From contig ML978122.1 of assembly GCA_010015805.1 (NCBI GenBank), positions 124,001 to 188,000 of the forward strand: a stretch of 64,000 bases of DNA, given 5' to 3'. The notes beneath the pieces were generated by a model. The model had not been told where the DNA came from. It did no database searches and was given only the letters and a program-made list of their open reading frames with translations. This document shows, piece by piece, positions 1 to 12,273 of the stretch. Every line of letters starts with the position of its first letter. The stretch's first letter is position 1. This DNA is from Rhizodiscina lignyota. Taxonomy: Eukaryota. The position numbers were made by a program, and so were the translations under genes.

Positions 1-1780
1 AGCAGTAGCTGTAGGAGTGAACGTAATGCCTCCGACAACGATTGGTTGGGGAACGAGAGACGCGCCAGCGGGTGTTGAGCCTAGACTTTCGAATGCGCCA
101 GATGAAAGAGTCGTCGTGCTGCCACCGATCACCAGTACGGTGTTTCCATTGCGAGATCCGCTGCCACTTCCCGAGCCACCCGAATTACCAGAACCACTGC
201 CACCATTTGACCCACTACCATCATTTGACCCACTATCACCTTTTGGCCCGCTTCCACCACCAGAGCCACTTCCACTTCCTGATCCGCTGCCACCGGTCGT
301 TTGAATTACGACTGGAACCGGAGAAGCGCCAGAAGATGGAGTCACAAATACTGTCGAGCCAGGTGTCAGAGTCTGCCCACCCGCCACGAGATGTCCGCCA
401 TTGTCAGCAGAAACAGTGACGCCGTTTTGTACGATTGTCCGCGCAGGAGTAGCAGTGGGCTGGGCTGGGCTGTTCGGCGTATCCTGCGCCTGAGCTGGAC
501 GACCAGGAGAATTTTGAGGCTGCGCGTTAGATGCGGCAGATGCAATCACTCCAGCAATACCACCGGCTTGATTGTTATCCTGACTGTCATGTGCCGCTGC
601 AGCTGTCGCTGTGGTCTTAGGAGTTGTTGCAGTACGAGCAGCTGACGCTGCAGATGCAATTGCACCGGCTAGGCCGTCACCATTGTTTCCTTCGCTTTGA
701 GAATTTGCCCCCTCTGAAGCCTGTCCTTTTCCACCTCCGCCTCCGCCAGCTGTCGGTTTTGTCTCCGGGCTTGTTGGTACTGTAGCTTCTGTGTGAGCAA
801 GGTGAGGCGTCGCTCGATGGCCGCCCGAAGATGAAGTGTCTTGATCGGTTTTGCGACCCGGTGGAGGTGTCGCTGGTTCATCGTCCTCGTAAGATACTGA
901 TGTGTCAGTTAATAGATAAGCAGTATCTAGGATAGTCGCTGGCGCTGGCAGCAACGGCCAGTTGCAGCTCTTGAATGCTGCTTCTCCTGGGAAAACTGAT
1001 TGATAAAAGTCTGTCTCATCGATTTGGTCATAATACGTCGTGTAGAAGACGCCTCTGGTGTCTCCACCCTTTGGAAATGGTATGCTGATATCTTTATTTC
1101 CAACATACGAGTATATGTCCGGCGGGAAAGTTGTTGGACCGGGTTGAGGGTGAGACGGGAGTGTCACCGTTGTGCCGTTGGGTGCTCTCTTGCAAACTGC
1201 ATCACCGCCAGTTGTGGTCGTTGCGAGTGTACCGTTGAAGCTATATGAAGAGTCATACAAGGTATATTCTGTTGGAAATGTACTGTTCTAAATTAGCAGA
1301 CCAAGGTATAAGAAGGTGCAGAGATCTCCTACATGACTGTTGTTCCATTGTTGTTGAAGTCAGTAGTCACTGTGAAAATAGCAGACCCAGCGCTATCGAC
1401 AGGCGGCCTTGTATAGCCTTCTGGGAGATCAATAAAGTGAGTCTCTGTCCTTGTTGTGTTCTTCCTCCGGTTCACAATGAGGACCACGTCTGCTGCCTTG
1501 ATCGTCTCGTTGAAGTACCGCTGCGAATAGCGTACTACATCCACAAACATGTAGGTTCCCATAGTACAATTTAATGAACATGATGGCACTGTTGGAAGAG
1601 AAGGTGCACTTGTCGGATGAGGTGCACGTGTCGTTGATGAATTAGTATACGATACAGCTGACGGATTGGTTAGGACTGTCTTGTACCATGAAGAATGAAG
1701 TTTTCCTTACTGCGGGGAGCAAATGAATGGCAGTAACAAATTGCAACGAGAGCCTGTAGTATTAAGAAACGAAAGAACAT
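1..1780 (-). CDS. Secreted Ser/Thr/Gly-rich cell-surface glycoprotein (3' end outside window)
   Basis: ATG at 1780 gives a signal peptide (MFFRFLILQALVAICYC). Intron GTAAGG..CTAAC..CAG at ~1709-1659 and a second intron at ~1330-1290. The last exon stays open to position 1 and contains GGQTLTPG / VVGGITFTP motifs and GSGSGS tracts. Confidence 0.8.
206..259. repeat. 3 x 18-bp imperfect coding tandem repeat (Gly/Ser linker)
   Basis: TTTGACCCACTACCATCA / TTTGACCCACTATCACCT / TTTGGCCCGCTTCCACCA. Confidence 0.8.
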
Positions 1781-2327
1781 TGCCATCGCGGGTATCATAA
1801 CATTTGGAAACAGAGAGTTGCACGGGAGATGTTAGGCAGAGATGAGAAGAAAGGAAATGCGCCTGCAGAAGAGCAGGCTGGAGACAACAGCGCAAATCAG
1901 ACCGTCTCCTCTTGAGGCCTTGATTTAGCTCCTCTTCCCATACACGCCAGTTCTCCCCGCTACCTTCCAGTTCATAATTAGCCTCGTGCGGCTGAGCATC
2001 GTGGGAGTCATGGCACGCAGGTTGCACTTCATCTAAGGGCAAGGTCTGGAATCCGCCAGCCGGCTCGGCAGCTTGAAGCTATTCGTCCTCGGCATGCCGG
2101 CCCTAGGCGGTTCAATATATGGCTTGCATAGCGTCCCGGTTTCAGGATGCGAATGAGTGTGGCGGAGCGAATGAAGTGCGGAGAAGGGAGGGCTGTCCCG
2201 TTGCTGGAGGGTCAGGGCTGGTGCGGAATTCTCCGCGTCTTGGCGCGTCTTCAAGTCGCGTTCACTTTACACCTCTTGGCTTTCACGACTTTTAGAGGAG
2301 CCGAATTCCCCTTTATCTAGGCCCGCG

Positions 2328-4089
2328 ATGGCCCTCGAAACGGTTGAGGGTGAGGCGTCGCCGCCTCCCAATATTGCCGAGGCAGTCAATATCCAGAAGA
2401 AACCTCCGCCAGAGTCGCCGCAAAATGTCTGGACCCGGAGGATGGTCATTCTGGCCTTCTGGGCAGTCGCCCTCTTGCTTGGAATGCCTGTATGGTGGAA
2501 GACCACGGAGGTCTACAGAGCTAGTTTGCCACTGTCCCAGATGACAGACTGGGCTGAAGGAAAGGTATGTGAATTCTAGTAGTTGATCGTGCCGATGCTG
2601 AGAAGTGCGCCAGAACTGTAAACCTGTATTTCCTCTGCGCATTGCGGTGAAAGCCCCGATGTTGTCGTCTCAAGAGATAGAGACCATTATACGAATTACG
2701 CAGCATGCTTTGGATGACCTGAACGACTTCTCGGCCCATCATCTTCGCCTAGTTCCTGCGGACCCGATAATACATCGCATGAGTATTCAGGAGATACAAG
2801 AGTATGGAAATAAGACTTCTTCTCAGAGGAACGATAGCGAAGACATATCTTTACTGCTGAACCTGAAGCCTTCTTTTGGTTCAAGTACAAGTTCGACTCA
2901 ATTGCAGCCTTATGCGGCCACTCTGGATATATACTTTCCGAACAATCAAGTCCCGCTTTCTACTGCGACATCATCTCCTTTGGCCAACTTCATTGCCAAT
3001 GAACTGCAGGCTCTATTCTCGGAAGAGCAAGCGTCTCTGTCATACTTGATGGCATCGATTCCTTCTGTGGCACAAACGTCAAAATCGAAAGCTCTCTCCT
3101 CGGAAATGGCAACCAAGCTCTCTCGGCGCTCCACGCGTTCCTTCAAGTACGCACCGACTTATCACCTCACCTTCTCTCTCTTCACTGCCAAGGCGAGACC
3201 ATCAGCATGGGAGATTGAGGCTGCGTTGGAAGAATATCTATCACCTCTTCTAGCATCCCTTTCAATCATCAGCAACTTTACCATCGATTCGCAAGTCCAG
3301 CTCTATGCTACCTTTTCACCCTCAATACGGCAACCAGAGTTCGATCATGAGCGCCAGGCGTGGACTGTGCGCAAAGAGGACCTTGGTGGCTTTATCAATG
3401 CCGCAGAATGGCCACTAAGCCCAAGCATCGGAGCCGGGCCGACTGTCAATTTCATTCTTTACGTACCTGACTCGGCTCAATCCCCCCTGCTCATTGCCGA
3501 GAATGGGGGAAACAGCTGGCTAGTGCCACAATGGGGTGGCATTCAAATCATGAATCTTCCATTTTCGGCAGACGGTAGCACTAGGCCAACAGTGCTTACC
3601 AATGATGATCTACGGCCAGCGATGCACGTCTTCTCGAATCAATTAATGTCTCTGCTCGGTCTGCCAGATACACCAAACTCACTCCCGCTGAAACTATCGA
3701 CCCTCACACGCTTACATACGACATCCCTCCTCTCATCCGCTTCCTCGACACTCGGCGCCTTGGCCCGCCTCACGCAATCACTCACATCCATCGCCATTCC
3801 GGACAGCGTAGCGACTTCTGTGACTACCACCCTATACCGACTGGATGCGGCATGTACCGATATGAAAGAAGGCCGCTTTGCTTCCGCCCTTGAGAACGCA
3901 CGAGTCGCCGAGGCAGAGGCGGAGAAGGCATTCTTCGAACGAAGCATGGTCGGCCAGGTCTACTTCCCCGAGGAACACAAAGTCGCGGTGTATCTGCCGC
4001 TGCTGGGCCCAGTCGCTGTTCCTTTGGTCATGGCCGCGTTGAAGGAGATCCGGTTGCTGGTTAGAGGGAGAAGAGTACAAGATGGATGA
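2328..4089 (+). CDS. GPI17: GPI transamidase subunit PIG-S/Gpi17
   Basis: Exon 1 2328-2564 has a TM segment and the [12 protein letters not shown] motif. Intron 2565-2613. Exon 2 has [20 protein letters not shown] and C-terminal [31 protein letters not shown]. Confidence 0.95.
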
Positions 4090-5452
4090 AAGATACGTGG
4101 AAGTGTTCAAAGTATTCCACTACTGTGCAACATCGTGAACACCCGGAGCGACGCCGGTCGTACGGACGTGGCGAACTCGCTGCAAACGCAGACGGTGCAA
4201 AAGCATTTTGAATGCAAGCTTTCGTCTGGCCATTCCGTATGAGAAAAGCTGTTGCGGCAGTTCAGTGCTCACGGACATTAGTCTAGCAACTTCATGCTAT
4301 GTCTTGTGGCTCAAGACTTCGAGGGGAAAATGCAGAATCTAACGAAATTTGGCTTCGAACGGTCGGTATCTGATGTAATGGCAAGCACCAATATCAATCA
4401 CAGTATGCATATTACGGGCAAGCCGGACAGCGCGCCCGGCATAAGTAGACCTATTATCTACATTTCCTGCACATCTGCCCCAATTGCAATTTTCGACTTA
4501 TCGCATACCGTAGCTTTTGGGCTTCCTCGTTGTACGCCAAGGACGCCGTGGCTACGCCTATCAGCGCACAGCTTTGCTACGACCAATAGACCCACGAAGG
4601 CACTTTTCTCCCCATTTGCAAACGACCCCTCAGTCAGATTAACCAGATTAACCTTGTGGAGAGGTATCCACTCCTTGCCGTGGAGGGTTAGCGGCCGTCT
4701 TTAGGGTACAACGAGGAAGCCCAAAAGCTACGGTATGCGGTCCTCACGAGCAACGCAACATCCTTGACGATGATTAAGTGGCTTTTCTGCAGTGAATGTT
4801 TCCGTAGGCAAGCCCAATACTCGATCTGCGGCTTCTCGAATGGTGGGCTTTACTCTTTCATGTCTTAATTTCACGCCCTCTACGCAAACGTGTGAATCTA
4901 AATTTCTAATTGAATGAGCGGAGGGACCACAGGGGCAAATAATATGCTGGAAAGCAGGTTGAAGACCATCAACGCCCGACTGGCGCCCCATCTGTGCGCA
5001 ATGGAGCTGCACCTCGATGGTCAAACCTCATAGGCGAAAAGACTCTCGCTTAGAAGGTATCTTACTATTACAAGCCACCAAATCCATTGTCTGAAGGAGA
5101 TTGGCTCCGATTCACGCGGGGCAAACAGGTGCGCAACTGGTCATGCATCGCTGCGTCTGAAATGACTGAAGGGCGTTGAGCGCATGCTATCCTCGGAGGC
5201 GTGACGTGGCGGGGCAAAACAGCCTCATTCGCAAGAGGTACTGATAAATACGGCACAGATATCCTCACTTCAGCAGTCCCCCAGACGCTTTACGTTTCCT
5301 ATTTTCACCCAGTCGAAGACGCAAGAGAACTGAGGTTCTAAGGTTCTGATCGTGGAAGCACTACATGTATAATTGGTCTATCATATCTGCATGCTAGCAC
5401 GGAAATTAACCATGTGCGAATGTCCGGTTCCTCATAAGCATTCTGAACAGGG

Positions 5453-7266
5453 ATGCTAACTTATTCTAGTTCGACATATTCTATGGATTCTACTTCGACG
5501 AGGCCAAGCCTTACTACTGGTTTTGAGCCGTTACTCCAGAACGACACAATAACAGATAACACCAGCCTTTTCGACCAACCTCGGCGGACAATAGAGCAGA
5601 GCGTGTGGATACCTTCCAACATTCCCGATGTCCAAGGCCGAGGCTCTCAGTCTCATTTATGGACTACTACGGCACCATCGACTGATTCCATTTTGGAAAA
5701 CACTGCACCGCTTCCCTTTACATGGGCAGATCCTACCTCGTGAGTAACTCCTCTGTCTCATTACGCTGAATATTCACAGAACTAACATCGCTTGGATGGG
5801 GGTATGATAACAACATTGCAAAGAGCCATTCCAATCACCAGTCTAAATTTTTCTTTTTCCCTCTGACTAGTATTGACGTCAGGTAGGTTTTCGGCTTGCG
5901 GTTGAGCCGACGTCAGTGGATGGCATGTTTGTCATTCCCAATCTGCAACCGACGTGTCCCAGAACTCGGCCGGTGATGGTAGTTGACCATAGCGGACCTT
6001 GTCCGCGAGGATGGGTTAACGAGGAGTTCTGCGGTCTCATAGCTTCCGCAATTACCATTCTTTGACTTCAAGGAATTCTTTTCCGTTTAAACATGTCTGA
6101 GTTTGTCCTGAACTTTGCATCATTTATCACGTCCTACTGCTGACTCTATTTTCATATTTTAAAGTCAACGATGTAAGCTGTAGAATATTGTGGACTTCAC
6201 AGATCGCTCGGGCTCCCCATGCTCATGTTTCTGTCAAACCCCTATCCATATGCTACAGATTTCGACTCGACAACGATATTCACACACTATCGTTCGACAT
6301 CGACCCGCTCCCATGCGACTTTAATATGGCCTGGCTTGGCCAGACTGTCTCCGAGGGTGGCAATGTAGAAGTCTGCAACCCTATGCATGGTACTGATGTA
6401 CATGGACAAACCACCATGGATAAGGAGCGTGGCCTGGGTGGAGACGGACCGACTGGTGTGGATAATGCCAGCGCGAAGAGCGATGTGAATGCTACCGGCA
6501 ACGCCACCGGCGACATCATGTACATGAATGATTTCACTTCCTCCAACGATTTCAGCTTCACCAACGACTTTAGCACCCCCAACGACTTCAGCTCCGCCAA
6601 CAATATCAGCCACACCGACATTTTCTATGCCGTCGATACAGTCAAGTACGCAAACAATGTCCTTGACACCAGCCTCATCCACCATGATCAGCCATTCACT
6701 GAGCTTCATTTGTCGGACTTTCGAACTGCGAGGAGACGTGATCACAGCGTCGTGGAGGCTAGAGACTTTCCTCTAAGGGAAGATATTGAGTTTGATGCAA
6801 AAGAGTTACTTTCGCCGTCTGGACTGATGTCTGGAGCTCTAAGCCTCAGCGATCAGCGATCAGCTTTGGCATTTGGCCAGCAGCCACCTTTATCAACCCC
6901 TCAACAAATGGAAATCATGATAGGATGAGGGCCATCGAACTACCAAAGTGAGTGCAGTATTCCGTACAACCCTTGCATTTTGCATCGCAATCCGAGCGCA
7001 CTATCTGCAGACCTCTAATATATGAGTTTAATACGTTATTGACCATAAATTTAGATACGACGCGGGAACTCTCACACGTTTGCGATTATGACGGTTGCAA
7101 TGCTCCATTCCGCCGCATCTACGACCTGCACCGACATCGCCAATGCAAGCATGCCCGCGAAGGGAGGTTCCCCTGTCGCTTTACGGGATGTGAGAGGGTG
7201 AACCGGAAGTTTCCTAGGAAGGACAAGCGGGACGAGCACGAGAGGAAGGTCCATAGGCACGGCTAG
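5453..7266 (+). pseudogene. C2H2 zinc-finger protein gene with an in-frame TGA (5' structure uncertain)
   Basis: The last exon encodes two C2H2 fingers (CDYDGC..HRQCKH; CRFTGC..HERKVH). Intron 6948-7054 (GTGAGT..TTGAC..TAG) joins it in frame to ORF 6188-6928, but TGA 6926-6928 lies 19 nt before the donor. A further upstream exon-like ORF (5453-5739) ends at a GTGAGT donor. Confidence 0.55.
6527..6616 (+). repeat. 5 x 18-bp coding repeat (NDFxxx)
   Basis: NDFTSS NDFSFT NDFSTP NDFSSA NNISHT. Confidence 0.85.
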
Positions 7267-7746
7267 CGGGCGGAGTTCATTTGGTGTTGTTCGGGGATGC
7301 AGTTATTGCATGTCATTGATCCCTGTTTACTTCCATTTGGCGAGTGGAATAAAGGTTTTGCTGGTAATCCATGTTCTCCAGTGGATGGCCAAAGGTAATG
7401 GTAGAGGGAATGACTTTGAAAGATAAATGATGATGCTGGGTTCCCGGTTCGGTATCATGGCAAGAAATGGTTTGCGCAGTTTGATTCAATTTTGTCAGTC
7501 ACTTACAGCATGTAACGAGTCACTTATGCGCCTTATCAAATAGAAATCAGTGTCTGCCAAGTTCTTCCCAATTATTTGTATCAAGGTCGGCAAAATGATG
7601 AATTGTTGGCGATACTTGAATGCGAAGGCTCGGTTGGCTTCATTGCGGCGCCTCGGGGGTTTAAGCCGAAAACAGACGCGCTAATGGCCATTCACCTCAC
7701 ATCTCTTCCTTTGATCCAATCTCTCGCGGTTGAGCGTCAACACTGT

Positions 7747-9281
7747 ATGATGCTTGAGCTTCATATTTTGGGACCTGCTTTTGGCTTGCCCTCAATCGAC
7801 CCCGAGTGCAATGCCGCCGTTGCATTCCTTCAGCAAACCTTGACCCCGAACAACATAGGATGGAAGCTCGTTCCGGATCACGATGCTTCTGCCAGTCCAT
7901 CCGGTGACACTACTTTAATACCTTTAATCTCAGTGTGATTAAGTGGCTGACTCTGTAAAGGAGGCTTCCCGCTGCTCTGGGATGACACAAGAAGCGTTGT
8001 CGGCTTTACGTCCATCGTGAAGTATATCGGTGCTACCTACAGCGATATCTCTTCCTCAGATGAGCATCTTTCTACGCAGAAGCGCGCAGATAGCATAGCG
8101 TATTTATTCCTAGGCCATACACAATTAATGGTAACCTATCTGACGGTCTACATTATTACAGTTTTACAGCCTTTCTAACCTCGACCGCCCTCCCGCTTTT
8201 GGACCTCTCCCTTTATACAACATTCGAGAACTACTACTCCCTCACCCGTCCAGCTTTCTCCAGTATCCTCCCTTGGCACGCAAACTACGTAATCCCACCT
8301 TTGCGCCGTGATGCCGCCAGAGCACGCACTCAGCACCTCGGTCTCGCAAGCCTCGACATTGACACGGTTCATGACGACTTCGCACGGCTGGAGGGCGCCG
8401 GCGGGGCGAGCAACAGCAATAGTATCAGTGGGCAATATGAGGCAACAAAGAAAGTGCAAGAGCGAAGTACTGTAAGCGGAAGACAAGCACCCAGTTTGCT
8501 GCCCCTCGGGAGGAAGAAGTTGAGCAGTCTGCTCAGTTCGCCGCAGCACGCCGATCGATTCAAGCTAGACATGCTTGCGAACGAACTCTTTGAGCCCTTG
8601 AGTGCTCAACTAGGGAACAAGAAATTTTTGCTTGATGACGAGCGGCCTAGTAGTATAGACTGCTTGGCTTTTGGATATCTGGCGTTGATGCTGTGTCCGG
8701 ACTATCCGCAGTCTTGGCTTAAAGACACGATCAAGAAACGGTTTCCGAAGCTTCAGCGATATACGGATGACATGGGCCATCGGTATATTGGCAAAGACCC
8801 TATCAGTGCCGAATGTGTCATCAAGGGCAATACTTCATCGAGTCCGCTGCCATGGCAATTACCTGCTCCACCATCAGTGGCTCGGACAGCTACGAGCATT
8901 AGCCGAGAAATACTTCATACCTTCCCAATCTCCCAGACATTATCGTCTATCGGCCTCCACTTTCCTCCTGGCACCACAGGGTCGACTACCACGCGGCTAT
9001 TAAACGTCTCTTCCTTCGTATTCTCGGTACTGCTAGGAGTAGCGTACCATTTTGCAACCATCAAGCCAGATTCATGGGACTTCATCTTCAAGGCGTCCGA
9101 CTTTGATTCCGAACCGGGAAGCTCGAAAATTGACGCGTTTGCCGCCGATCCGAACGCAACATTGGCGGCATTGGAGCAGTTCAATTCGAGCTTGGAACTG
9201 AATGCGAGTCAAGAGCGGGAGAAGGAGAGGATGGGAGGAACGGTAGTTGGAGCGGTGGACGTCGACATTGAGGTCGACTGA
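7747..9281 (+). CDS. SAM37: Mitochondrial outer-membrane SAM complex metaxin-like subunit (Tom37/Sam37 + GST-C-like domain)
   Basis: N-terminus MLELHILGPAFGLPSIDPEC. Introns 7904-7960 and 8100-8161 restore the frame. Contains LDLSLY..ENY, PSSIDCLAFGYLALML and a C-terminal hydrophobic segment. Confidence 0.85.
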
Positions 9282-11343
9282 TTCATTTATGCGGTAATGT
9301 AATCGGATTGCCTCTCTTGCCAGTAACATGTATGAATATACCAAGAAATCGATACCCTCTATCTTCTCGCGAATTCAGGGAAATGGATGCCACTATTGAC
9401 TCTATGAATGATCGTATACTCTTAAGTCTTGTATCGGGCATGATGCCAAGTGGCCTTGCCAATGTCTTCTTGTATCATGCGGATGCACTAGAGTCTGTCA
9501 TCTACTCCACTATCCTGTTTGGCAATTGCAAACTGCTTTGATCCCGGCCATTCGCACCTCTGTGCAACCCTGTTTACCATTTGAAACCCTCACAGCCACT
9601 GCGAGACCCGTCCGGAGCAAGTATGAATCGTGTAGGAGCACCAAAAGGCCCTGTCCAGTTTCCAATATTGTAATATGTATTACGTTTTTCCGTTATGGCA
9701 TCCCAATGATGTACGTGTCCATGATTGTTCTCAAGAGGCGTTGCAATTGCGAAGGTATGCCATGCAGTTGGAGTCCACCCCATCTGGACGCACTCTGAGA
9801 GCTCGCTGCTCTCGCTCAAGAGAATATACCCGTCTGCTTCCAATTGATTGATCAGATATGGGCTTTAGTGAAGCTCGCCGCATATACGGCATATACGGCG
9901 TCGCCATATGAAAGGCGGTGAACAAGGAGCGGAGTGCACTCCAATGTGGGCCGGGCCGTCCTATCTAGTCTCCTGCATCTTCTCGATTCCATCAATGAAG
10001 AGCAACCACGTCTTCTGCAATACTGGCGAGCATTCCTGCCATCGCGGTGTCGGAGTCCTTTTGCATGATTCTTCCCAGCTCACCTTCCCCAAGGTGAAGA
10101 GAGGCCGCTTAATGTCATATTCTTTTGTCAAGATGAGTAACATAGCACTTTAAGAAGTGCATGCTCCTCCAAGGTGCTCCCAGCAATTATCTGGCTAGGA
10201 TCGCTGCTAGTGACCGTGTCCCCCAAGTCCCTGACCCCAGATATTGCGTCTTATTTAGCCTAGGGATCGTGGTGATCGACTTCTCTGCGGAATCCCATGC
10301 AGGCTATAGGGTGGATATATTCCGCTGACTTGCATATTGCAGCACCACGGCAGGGATCCACCACCGAGGTCCTCAGTGTCGCAGAAGTTGTTGGGCCTCA
10401 ATGTCCACATACTTGCACATAGCGGCTTAAAATTGAGACATTACTGCCTATATGGAAAAAGGTTGGGCGATCAACGCATGAGTCTCCTCATGCTCGCATC
10501 TTCCTGCACGTCGATCGTCTAATGTACGAAACTTCAATCTGCATATGCGTCGACGGAGGACGGCGATGTTTTGCGTCCGTCCTTCCTCTCGTGCTTAGAT
10601 GCCAGACCTGGAGCTATCATGAGTCAGAGATTACCTTTGCCTGTCCTTGTTCAAGCTTTGGCCCATGCCACTGGGTCGTTTTTGTCCTTTCAATTCTCTG
10701 GTTCTGAAATTCACCACGTGCAGACCCTTGTGTCTGACCTTTGGACAGGGATCAGTGCGAGTATAGCTCGTCCTCGATAGAAATAACTCCCCGGAAGAGT
10801 GGAAGAGATCATCTAAAAGACATCATGATTGTGAGACCGAAAGACAGGTTAGATACGATGAATTGCTGAAAAGAGGAAGATGTGATGAAACTGCCATCAC
10901 CGACAATGACTCTTGTTCAACATTCAAACTAATCTATGATTTGTAATACAGCTGACCATTGAAGTGGAAGAGCTGAAGTGGAAACAGAGGTATACGTCAA
11001 ATTGCCTTTCCAAGATCGGTACGGAGGAATTTTGATGATTTCGACGGTTTAGAGGCAGCGGTGGAAGAAAATCATGTAAACTACCTACACCACGTCACGA
11101 TGGGGAATTAGTGAAGTGTGAAATCATCAATTTCAAGGGAAATACAAATTTGAAGACCACCTCAGAAAGGATGAGGTTTTTCAATTGTAGTCGAGAGCAA
11201 AGGCCGTATGCACGTGCTCGCGCCTCTATTCTTGGCAAAGTCAATCGCGACTATTCCAAATCTGTCTAGCGTAATATCAATCGCAGGTTTACGAGATTTA
11301 TGAGATTAATCTGCGCGAAGACACCATCATAGATTCGATCCTC

Positions 11344-12273
11344 ATGGCGCCCACACGCCGCTACCTCCGCATCACGAAATACTCGGTCCTCGAAGTACGC
11401 ATCTACTCCGACCCCCCCGCAATCGCAGACTCATGGCTCCTCCGACGCGGCGACCCCGCGCTCCCACGCGTCATCGAAGCTGTTCGTCCACTCGTGTTAC
11501 CGAAGTTACGAGAGGAAATTGAGAGGGCGAAGAGCAAGAGCAAGGCGAGTAAGAGGGGAGTGAAGGATACGGTTGTTCAAGGTGCGTGAATCGATATATA
11601 TCTGAGCATGGTGATATGGCAATATGTGGAGGTCGTAAGGATATGGCTAACGCAGATGTGTGCAGATGACTTCGAGATGTCCATATTCCTGACGGAGAAC
11701 TCAATGCGCCATTCCCTTCTCACGAAGCATAAGAGCTTCAACGAAAAGCGGCGCATCACGAGTAACTCGAATAGATTGACCGGCTGGTTAACGAGCGGCA
11801 GTGGCGATGCGCCGATCGATGTAGACGCCGAAGACAATCCTTCTGCCACCATCGCGCGCGAGGAAGAGGAAGAGATTGTGAACCTAGACGATATACCTGA
11901 CGCCGGCCTTTCTACAACTGATACGAGAGGCAAGCGGCGGCGAGTGCCAGACGAGGAATCGCTCTTCGTGGACGACGCATCCGAAGCATCGTCTGTAGGC
12001 TTCCAAACACAGCGTACTCCCCCTTCAAAGAGAACCAGGACAGTCGAAGATGACGACAATGATGAGGAGGGTGATGGCGCGCTAGACGACAAGAAGAAGA
12101 TGTCGGTCAATACCTCCTATGACGGCTTCTCTATCTACGGTCGCATTCTGTGCCTCGTGGTCAAGCGCCGAGGCGCGAAAGCTGCTGCCCCGTCTGGACA
12201 GAAGATGCTCGAGAGTTGGGTTTCTACACAGGCGGCGCAAGATGCTGGAGTGGTTGAAGATGACGAGGGCTGA
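11344..12273 (+). CDS. Conserved fungal hypothetical protein (acidic, likely nuclear)
   Basis: Exon 1 11344-11581; intron 11582-11665 (GTGCGT..GCTAAC..CAG) joins it in frame to exon 2. Motifs RYLRITKYSVLEVRIY and SYDGFSIYGRILCLVVKRR. Confidence 0.85.

Noticed and set aside
17..881. Pro-rich plus-strand ORFs and the 669-881 minus ORF
   Set aside because: Shadow or alternative frames of the minus-strand Gly/Ser-rich secreted protein.
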